Of a stretch of 58,082 nt of DNA, positions 49,261 to 58,082 are shown piece by piece; position 1 is the first letter of the stretch, and each line of letters opens with the position of its first letter. Source of the DNA: Octopus bimaculoides (Eukaryota); contig NC_068998.1 of NCBI RefSeq assembly GCF_001194135.2, positions 14,389,674-14,447,755 of the forward strand, read 5' to 3'. The translations under genes were made by a program, and so were the position numbers. The notes below the pieces were generated by a model, which was not told where the DNA came from, did not search any database, and worked only from the letters and a program-made list of their open reading frames with translations.

Positions 49261-49421
49261 GTGTAAATACTAACACGGGACATCTATTTACTCTAAATGA
49301 GAAAATGTACTATCAATTAAATAGCAAGTTATTGTCAGTAGAGTTGTTTGAATTCAGTTGCCTTTCAGTATCTATTCATGTTAATGTCGTCTCTAACTCC
49401 CTTGAAATCTTAAATTTTCAG

Positions 49422-49515
49422 TGGAAAGGTAATTTTTTTATGCTCTTCTGGAAGCCTTTGGGATCGCACTGAACCATGGCTCTTGCATAAATCTGACGAG
49501 GGATTTAATCTCCGC
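49422..49515 (+). CDS. Candidate 94-nt exon
   Basis: Acceptor ttaaattttcag, donor cgc/gtaaaa; only phase 2-0 is open: GKVIFLCSSGSLWDRTEPWLLHKSDEGFNLR. Confidence 0.2.
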
Positions 49516-50299
49516 GTAAAATAATGAAAAAGTAAAAAAAAAACAAAAAAAACAGAACATTAGTGAATAGATATAATTTTCCCACAAGAAGTTGAATTCT
49601 TCGAAGTAGAATACGATCTTCAATTGTATTTTGCTGCTTCAATTTATAGCTTTGAACGAGGTTTCCATACACCTAGACTGCAGTAATCACTATGTAATGG
49701 ATAGAGAAAAAACGTTACTGTGAGCTCAAATTCAATGAACACTTGTTTAGGTAACATTCTGTGTCATATCGACTTGGATATTAACAGATTTACATGACGT
49801 TTTTTTTTTAATCTTTCTTAGCAATAATCATATTCATTTTTGCGCAAGTTGGATAAATTAAGTTTTAAAACCACAACAACAAGGAACACATAAAACAAAA
49901 GCAACAGACAATACAACTATAGCGTTTTAAACATTGATATTTTCTGTTTTCTTTTTATAAAGGCCTCTAGTAATTTCTTAATTTAAATATTTTAAAGGAA
50001 ATAATAGAATATAACTGCAATTCATGAACCATTAATTGAAATAATATTGTTTAAAAATAATTTGAATTAAAAATTAAAGCTTCCCCGAGGAAAGTGTATT
50101 TAAACCAAACATATTTAAAGTTGCAAATTCGGCTTTTCTTCGCTTTATACAGAAGATAGAAATGCTAATAACTGACAAATCGTTTGGCGTCCGAAAATTT
50201 GTACTACACCACACGACCAAAGTCATTAGTTATCATATATTGATACATACATACATACATAATACATATATATATATATATATATAGGAGAATGTACGA

Positions 50300-50470
50300 A
50301 AAAAAACAACAGCAGACGAGGACAGGTGGTGTAAACAACAAAAGGATGTATTAGTTTGAAGCTCGGGAATACAGAAAGTCTTTAACGTTTCGAGCTACGC
50401 TCTTCGACAGAAAGAATACGGAGAAAACAAGGAGAAAAACACGGAGAAAAAAAATTGAATGGTGTTTGGT
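50300..50470 (-). mobile_element. Penelope-like repeat, paralogous to 17140-17305
   Basis: Same shared block as 17140-17305. Confidence 0.6.
50379..50415 (-). ncRNA. Minimal hammerhead-like motif, CUGUCGA core variant
   Basis: tcttt CTGTCGA a gag-cgtag-ctc GAAAC GT T aaaga. Stems I and II are perfect. Confidence 0.6.
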
Positions 50471-51069
50471 CAGCGATCTATCATATATATATATGTATAC
50501 ATATACACGCACACATATATACATATACATATATACAAATTGCCTCAAGGTTCTAATAATTCATTTTCAGTTATATATCAGTGATTACTGTGTAAATTGC
50601 AATTATATTATTTATATTATCTCAACAAGCAAATTATAACCTACATCCATGGTAATATATTTTTGCACAAAATGTCAGAATATGAGTGACGGATATCAAT
50701 TCTTATTTAATGAATATGGAAGTAATTTAGTGAGTGATGCTTGATGAGATGTTTGACAATGAATGCATTTCAATATTTGATTTTCCTTTCCTTACGCAAA
50801 CTTGATTTTTTCATTAATATTGTTGAAAATACCGTATAACTGTAGGCTTGAATAATGTTAGCCACGAGCGATGTTTCGGTCACATTAAGAACCAATGCAG
50901 GTAGACATTGCTGTTTCGCCATATGTCATTCCTTATTAAGCAGAAATATAATAAAAAGCATTGGAAGACTGACTACTTTACGAATATCGCCGATATGCTA
51001 CAAACCAGAACTTACTGTCTAACGTCAAAGTTTTTTTCTAGAAACCAAAACGTAATTTGAAAAGCACAG

Positions 51070-51251
51070 TTACCGTGTGATCAAGAAGTTCGCTTCGCGT
51101 CACATAGTTTCGGATTCATTTGAACTGTGCCACTGTGCGGCACTTTTGTTAAGCATCTTCTACTATAGCCACAGGTCGACCAATGACGTTTAAGTGAATT
51201 TGGTCGACAGAGTGAAATCACGTCAAATATACATACATACATACTTATACG

Positions 51252-51286
<35 letters not shown>

Positions 51287-51817
51287 NNNNNNNNNNNNNN
51301 NNNNNNNNNNNNNNNNNNNNNNNNNNNNNNNNNNNNNNNNNNNNNNNNNNNNNNNNNNNNNNNNNNNNNNNNNNNNNNNNNNNNNNNNNNNNNNNNNNNN
51401 NNNNNNNNNNNNNNNNNNNNNNNNNNNNNNNNNNNNNNNNNNNNNNNNNNNNNNNNNNNNNNNNNNNNNNNNNNNNNNNNNNNNNNNNNNNNNNNNNNNN
51501 NNNNNNNNNNNNNNNNNNNNNNNNNNNNNNNNNNNNNNNNNNNNNNNNNNNNNNNNNNNNNNNNNNNNNNNNNNNNNNNNNNNNNNNNNNNNNNNNNNNN
51601 NNNNNNNNNNNNNNNNNNNNNNNNNNNNNNNNNNNNNNNNNNNNNNNNNNNNNNNNNNNNNNNNNNNNNNNNNNNNNNNNNNNNNNNNNNNNNNNNNNNN
51701 NNNNNNNNNNNGAAATGATCAGAAGGCAATGCGAAATGAAGTGTTTTGTTCAAGAACTCAACGTAACCGCCGGTCTGGGAATCGAACTCACGATCTCGCA
51801 ATCGCGAGTGCAGTACC

Positions 51818-51856
<39 letters not shown>

Positions 51857-52045
51857 ACCATCATCACCACTTGACAACTGAAGTTGGTTTCTGTACGTCC
51901 CCGTAAATTAGCGTTTACACTTAAATTGCACTATTCCAAATACTGTACTAGAATTCCAAATAGAAATACTGGATTGGATTTGTTCGAGTAAAATCATTCA
52001 AGGAAATGCTCTAACATGGCCGCAGCCGAATGAGTGAAACCAGTG
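51070..52045 (+). mobile_element. SINE family A split by microsatellite, N-gap and a nested minus-strand family C head (51722-51818)
   Basis: Head 51070-51225; tail 51860-52045 (ccacttgacaactga..aaatgctctaacatggccgcagccgaatgagtgaaaccag); nested gttcaagaactcaacg..ggaatcgaactcacgatc. Confidence 0.7.
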
Positions 52046-52879
52046 AAAGATAAAACATACAAAAGGATTTATGTCATGCTGTCTTAGTTCCTCGATGCAG
52101 GAAGATATCGAAAATTTATTAAGATATGCAGATGTTCCAAGCGGCGTTGAGCCTAACAACAGAATTATTTCAAACAGTTACTTCCTAGCATTCTCACTGA
52201 ATGAATTTAACAGCAAATGATTATCGGAAAATATTCCTGAGAAGAGGGAACTATTGTTGACGAGGAAGACATTAACAGCAATGAATGAAAATAATTTCCC
52301 ATTTCTGATCATGCTGACAAGTATGAATAATCGTTTCAATTAATTCAAGATTATCCGTTAACTTCAATTTACACGTAAAATATTTTTTCACAATTATTTT
52401 CCTTGCTTGACATAAGGGTTTTATAATCCATCGATTTTTCTTTCCTTCCATTTCAACCTATTTTCTTCAATTATTTTCTGAATCTCACCTACCATTCCAC
52501 GGAATAAAATATATCTAACCCTCTTCGTTTCGTTACCATTTTAACCCACTCTTCATAGCTTCTTTCCATATCTACCTCTCCTCCCTTACTCGTTCGTTTT
52601 ATCGCAACGAAAAGCATACACGCACACACAAACACACACACACACGCACAAACACTCACACACAGACACACACACACATATATACATACACGCACACGGG
52701 CGTGCACACACAAACACGCACGCACTCGCACACACACAGACACACATACACACACACATATGTACACGGAGAAGAACTTTAATTCCTAATGAATATACCT
52801 GACTCAACGAGCTTTGGGCATTTTAAATTATGGAGGAGCCCGTCCAACTGTTCGTTTCAACATATCCAACATTTTCAGA

Positions 52880-52999
52880 GAAAGAAAGAGAGAAAGAGAG
52901 AGAGAGAAAGAAGGAATGAGAGATAGAGATAGAAAAAATGAACGAGAGAGAGAGGGAGAGAGGCAGAGAAAGAGAGAGGAAGAGAGAGAGAGAGGCAGA

Positions 53000-53066
<67 letters not shown>
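52880..53066. repeat. (AG)n microsatellite and purine tract
   Basis: Direct reading. Confidence 0.95.
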
Positions 53067-53069
<3 letters not shown>

Positions 53070-53337
53070 CTTCTCTAGTACTTCACAGGTACACAAATTA
53101 ACAACTCCGAAAGAAAATGAAAGGCAAAGTTAATCTCGACGAGATTTGAAGTTACAGCCCAGAAGCTGATCTAAACATAGCACCGTACACACACTCTCTC
53201 TTGCATTCTTTCTCTCTCTCTCTCTCTCTCTCACTCCCATGCACACACACACGCGCGCGCACATATACACACACAAAAAGCTATGCATGTATAAAGTATG
53301 TATAAATGTATGTCACATTGGATGTCTGATAATCTGA

Positions 53338-53399
53338 AACCTGCTACAAGCAACCTGTGATCTACTCCAGGCAACCATGTGATCTGCTACAGGCAACCA
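53338..53399. repeat. About 22-bp imperfect tandem repeat x3
   Basis: ctgctacaagcaacctgtgat / ctactccaggcaaccatgtgat / ctgctacaggcaacca. Confidence 0.8.
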
Positions 53400-53729
53400 G
53401 AATCGATGATCACACGTTGTGGACCTCTCAAATGTACCCGCTAAATCCTGTCTAATTTTGTAAGAACCGAATGACAGGGATAAATACAAAATGTCAACGT
53501 TCGTAAAATAAGAGATCCATAAGAAACGAAAGCATAAAATAATTGTCTACAAATATGGATTTCGAGATATAATAATATACCTCTAATTGTGCCATTAAAG
53601 TATAGTAATAAGTATGTATGCGTGTATGTGCGCGCGCTCGTGCGCGTGTATACTTAAATGTATGTATGCATGCATGTATGTATGTATGTATGTATGTATG
53701 TGTCTGTCTGTGTGTATATATATATATAA

Positions 53730-53763
<34 letters not shown>

Positions 53764-53777
53764 ATATGTATATACAC

Positions 53778-53828
<51 letters not shown>

Positions 53829-54079
53829 NNNNNNNNNNNNNNNNNNNNNNNNNNNNNNNNNNNNNNNNNNNNNNNNNNNNNNNNNNNNNNNNNNNNNNNN
53901 NNNNNNNNNNNNNNNNNNNNNNNNNNNNNNNNNNNNNNNNNNNNNNNNNNNNNNNNNNNNNNNNNNNNNNNNNNNNNNNNNNNNNNNNATAGATAGATAT
54001 ATATATATATGTATATATATATGTTTATTCTTATGTCAAGTTATACTTGAATATAATTTAACATTAAAGTTAACGAAGG

Positions 54080-54275
54080 TTGCGAGCTGGCTGACTCGTT
54101 AGCACGCCAGACCAGGCATGATGCTTAGCGGCATTTCGTCGTTCTGAGTTCAAATTCCGCCATCCTCGATGTTACTTTTTATCCTTTCGGGATCGATAAA
54201 ATATAACAACGAGTTGAGAGCTGAAGTTGATGTAATCTATTTAACGCCCACTTCTGTATTGCTGGCCTTCACCAC
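54080..54275 (+). mobile_element. SINE family B
   Basis: gcgagctggctgactcgttagcacgcc..gcttagcggcatttcgtcgttctgagttcaaattccgcc. Confidence 0.8.
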
Positions 54276-54597
54276 AATTTGAATTTAACTATAAACTTAA
54301 CAATTAATCGATTATTTCCTTTTTAGAAGAGTACCATACTTATTAAATTTTTACAAGAATAGGGGTGACAGTAAATTTTAAATTTTACGTCTGCTAACAT
54401 TCCAGTGACTTCGAAGTCACCCGCAACACTCTCTTTATAAAAAATATTATATGTATATGAGTATGTGCATACATGAGTAATTTTTGACATTGGTAGAATT
54501 TAATCTCAGTGTAGTGACTGCCGCAACAAATACTTCAAGGTATTTGTTTTGTGAACTTTAAGGGCTCTACTAATTTGCCATGGTTTGACTCTTTTAC

Positions 54598-54980
54598 TAT
54601 GTTACTTGTTTCAGTCATTTGACTGCGGTCATGCTGGAACACCGCCTTAGTCGAACAAACCGATCCCAGGACTTATTCTTTGTAAGCCTAGTACTTATTC
54701 CATCGGTTTCTTTTGCCGAACCGCTAAGTTACGGGGACGTAAACACACCAGCATCGGTTGTCAAACGATGGTGAGGGAACAAACACACACACACACACAC
54801 ACATACATACACACAAGCATATGACAGGCTTCCTTCAGTTTCCATTTACCAAATCCACCCACAAGGCTTTGGTCGGCCCGAGACTATAGTAGAAGACACT
54901 TGCCCAAGGTTCCACGCAGTGAGACTGAACCCAGAACCATGTGGTTTGTAAGCAAGCTACCTACCCCACAGCCACTCCTA
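54598..54980 (-). mobile_element. SINE family A, full length
   Basis: ttgtttcagtcatttgactgcggtcatgctggaacaccgcc..cttattctttgtaagcctagtac..gaacccagaaccatgtgg..cacagccactcc. Confidence 0.9.
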
Positions 54981-55432
54981 TTATCTTTTATGATCTCTGC
55001 GTATTCAGTTTATATAATATTGTAATGTAGAGCTTAGTGAAATTGATACATGAAAGAAAAAGACTAAAATTTCAAGAATAAATCAAACGATGTGAAGTAG
55101 TCGCGCCAATGAGAGTGCTTTCATGCTGTTGCTAGACTTAAATGAAACAACAGTTAATCGCTATTTGTTCAAAAACCACGATCCCAAAATAATTTTACCA
55201 TGATGTATGATGTCTCTGAAATAGAAAAAAAAATGAGTCTTTGTCACATCTGATACGTTGCTTGATTGGATATTATATGAAAGAAAAGAACAATCAGTAG
55301 AAAGGAAACAAAAAACAGCAGCAACAAAAGGGGCTTTGAAGAAGTTTTTTCACGAATGATAACCAGTCTTTCCGATATTTATTCGAAGCTACCGGGGTCT
55401 AATTTCGCAGCAAGTCTAAAACACATACAGAT

Positions 55433-55490
55433 ATGGCTCCTTATATTTATGGCAGGTACTGTATTGCTATTCTACTTGCTTTGGTATTAG
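55433..55490 (+). CDS. Candidate first coding exon (signal peptide)
   Basis: In-frame TAA upstream; MAPYIYGRYCIAILLALVL followed by a phase 1 donor ag/gtaaat. Confidence 0.4.
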
Positions 55491-56060
55491 GTAAATGCTA
55501 TGATACCTCCAACCCCTTTCTAAGTGTATAATGGGGAAATAAGTGAAATAAGTTTGAAATTCCGATGCAATTTACTTTCTATAAATTAACTTCTTTTCAT
55601 GAATATTGTTAAATAATATTTGTCATTTTCGAGTTTGACAACTTGGTTATTATTACAGCAGCTCAAAATCGATACGAATCATAATCTAATGTATTCTTTA
55701 ATTGGTTTTCTGTGATTTATATATGATATTTCACGCATGCTGCCTTTTAAATGGTCTGGCTTTGGAATGGAAACGGTCATTTGAAGATTCTATCATCTGC
55801 AATAACATTTTGAGATATACGGGACAGGTTTATTATACAGCACACTGTTGGTTCACATTTACATTTATCAAACTCTCATCAGGAGAAAAGCGCATAGGAT
55901 TATAAACGCACTACCATGTTTCAACACCAGCTCTTAGTATTCGATGTTTTTACTTCAATTCACTTAGTTGTAATTGCTCAGCCTATAAGACTCCTAGGGT
56001 CGCCTTTGCAGACATATTTCTGCAGATATTTCATGTGGATCACTGCTGCATCGATCTTAC

Positions 56061-56097
56061 CAGTCTAAAATAGACCGTTTTAAACCTTTAACTAAGG
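56061..56097 (-). CDS. Candidate 37-nt antisense exon
   Basis: Acceptor ctcttttattattatttcag, donor ctg/gtaaga; only phase 1-2 is open: LVKGLKRSILD. Confidence 0.25.
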
Positions 56098-56423
56098 CTG
56101 AAATAATAATAAAAGAGATACCACAGGATCGAATGAGAATACAGTAAAGCATTGAAGAATCAAGTTTTTTTTACTCAAAGTGCCGAGTTCCAGTCAATCC
56201 ATAAATGGTCTGGGGTCGTTATAGAACTACTGACTAACTGTCATCTGCTTTCAGCTTTGTCAATGAAGTTCTAATCTGGACATTATAATAATGCCCTTGA
56301 ACTACAAAAGGTAGTCATTAAAGATTTTTTATTGTTTGAGTTTGCTGTACTGGATAGTATAGAGGATTACTGCCAGCCTACGATCCTACAAAGCAGCTTC
56401 CACGTGTTCTCTCAGTGTTTTAG

Positions 56424-56454
56424 GAATCGCAGCAAAATATTCCTCAAATTGCAC
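56424..56454 (+). CDS. Candidate second exon of the secreted-protein model
   Basis: Acceptor ttctctcagtgttttag, donor cac/gtaatc; phase 1-2 reads GIAAKYSSNCT. Confidence 0.35.
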
Positions 56455-56598
56455 GTAATCATCTTTAAATGGCGCGTTTTCATAGAACTTAGCTATATGT
56501 AGGTCCATAGAATAGGAAGATTTTATGTGTTATACATACATAAAAACGGCGATGTGGAACGACATCAGTGTATGTAAATTCTTCGTATTCCCTGACAG

Positions 56599-56654
56599 GA
56601 TACTCAGTGAAGATGCTGAAGTTTGGTTTCTTGATGTCAAGCGATCTCATGTAG
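56599..56654 (+). CDS. Candidate third exon of the secreted-protein model
   Basis: Acceptor ttcttcgtattccctgacag, donor tag/gtgagt; only phase 2-1 is open: ILSEDAEVWFLDVKRSHV. Confidence 0.4.
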
Positions 56655-57284
56655 GTGAGTTTCAAAGTACTTAGCAGTAAACTTGCTTGATGTCTATGAC
56701 TAGGTAGTCCAATATTTTAACTTCCTGGATATATTATCTTTGAAAATCACATTGAATATTTTCCCGTCTCCTTTTCTCCCTGAGTACTTCAAACTACTGT
56801 CAACTCAATGGTGTATAATCTTTTATACTTGCCACAACTTCAGTGAAATCTTTAGAACGGAAAATAGAACCTAGTATATAAAGGAGACTCGATGAAAAAG
56901 GTACTTTCCCGGAGAACCTTCGAATCGCTTCGAGCCAGTGGAGAGCCGTTACATGATCGCTCCAAGTCGAAAATGAAACCTCTAAGCTATCTCTCTGAGT
57001 TAACAAGACTCATCTGTGGAACGCGAAAGCGTCTAGCAGCTTTTCAAAACCTATATCGAAAGAAATCCAACCGATCGAAAAGGAAGGATGTATTGGAACA
57101 TGCAGTGTAAAGTGAGATTTAAATATAAGGCAGATGGGCAAAGCCGTTAAAGCACGGAAAGAATGCTTCGCGGCATTTGTTCTGAATCTTTGTCTTCCGA
57201 GCTGAAATCTCAATGTTGGTAATTTAGGCTAAATATCGATCTAATTCAGGATCAATAAATATACAGAGCGATGGATTGACTGAG

Positions 57285-57365
57285 CTGTAAAAACATCAAA
57301 CTAGGCGCTTGTGGTATTTGACCTTGCACATTGACTTCTGAGTTCAAATCTCGCCACCAACTAAT
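57285..57365 (+). mobile_element. SINE family B fragment
   Basis: gagctgtaaaaacatc..acttctgagttcaaatctcgcc. Confidence 0.5.
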
Positions 57366-58082
57366 TGTGTGACTGATTTTATCTAACACACGTGCCAGCT
57401 TGAGTGCCTCTAGCGTAGTCCATTAACGTACATACATATCTACAGCTTGAGAATACGTTCCTTCCTCCTCACCCGTCAGACTCCCAGGCTCTGTCGAGTG
57501 TTATGGCACTGCATTCACGCGTGAATTAAAAATTATAAAAGACGAGGAGTGTTATTAAATATTAGATATCTTGTTCAGTATTAGATACGAGATTAAACAA
57601 CTCACAAGTTTATATATTTCTTATAAAAACATAAGATAACAAAGTGATGTTAAAAGATATATTATTAAATGATATTTATGCTTTTCTCAAATGCATTAAA
57701 AGCGTTATTGAAAAAAATATATTAAGGTTTACATTTCTTCAATAATACTCACATACGATATGTTTATGCCTGAATAAGAAACAAGTTCTGTGAGAAAAAT
57801 CGAAAATTTTCTGAAAACCTTTAAAACACGTAGCATAAAATGCGCCATGAAATCGTATTTTTAGACACTGTAACCTAAAATATAACCCTCAACGACAACA
57901 TCCAATATAAACATATAATTTATTAATAATCGATTAAGCATCGTCGCGGAAAAGGTTATTTTATAGCAGAAAGAATCAGACCATTAATAAAATTAAAACA
58001 AAAACGAAAGATTTCATTTACATAAAAAATACATACCAAAAAACAATAAATCACATGCATACATCTATATATATATATATAT

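Noticed and set aside
56255-56310. Alternative exon 2 for the secreted-protein model
   Set aside because: Splice signals are plausible, but all three frames contain stops.

Overview
AT-rich, repeat-dense animal genomic scaffold segment with about 10 N-gaps, most of them next to (TA)n/(CA)n tracts. The SINE families and microsatellite load resemble what I recall from octopus (coleoid cephalopod) genomes; this is inference, not a database result. No intact known protein-coding gene is recognisable, and almost all ORF-track entries are microsatellite, N-gap or SINE artefacts. Well supported content: (1) dozens of tRNA-derived SINE copies in about three families; (2) decayed transposon coding fossils: a Tc1/mariner (DUF4817-type) element, a maT/DD37D-like fragment, a mariner-type MITE, two R4/Dong-clade LINE fragments, an RTE-like 3' fragment, a Helitron Rep fragment with 23-aa STPR-like repeats, and an L1/Tx1-like ORF1 with a CCHC knuckle that ends in a poly(A)-signal tail with no ORF2; (3) four minus-strand minimal hammerhead-ribozyme-like motifs in Penelope-type repeats, three sharing a non-canonical U at core position 6; (4) a 340-bp foldback inverted repeat. 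Less certain: several hand-picked small exons with good splice signals on both strands, including a three-exon signal-peptide gene start near 55.4-56.7 kb and a Cys-rich peptide candidate at 21.1-22.3 kb. There are no rRNA, intact tRNA or CRISPR features. Repeat boundaries were set by eye and are approximate.
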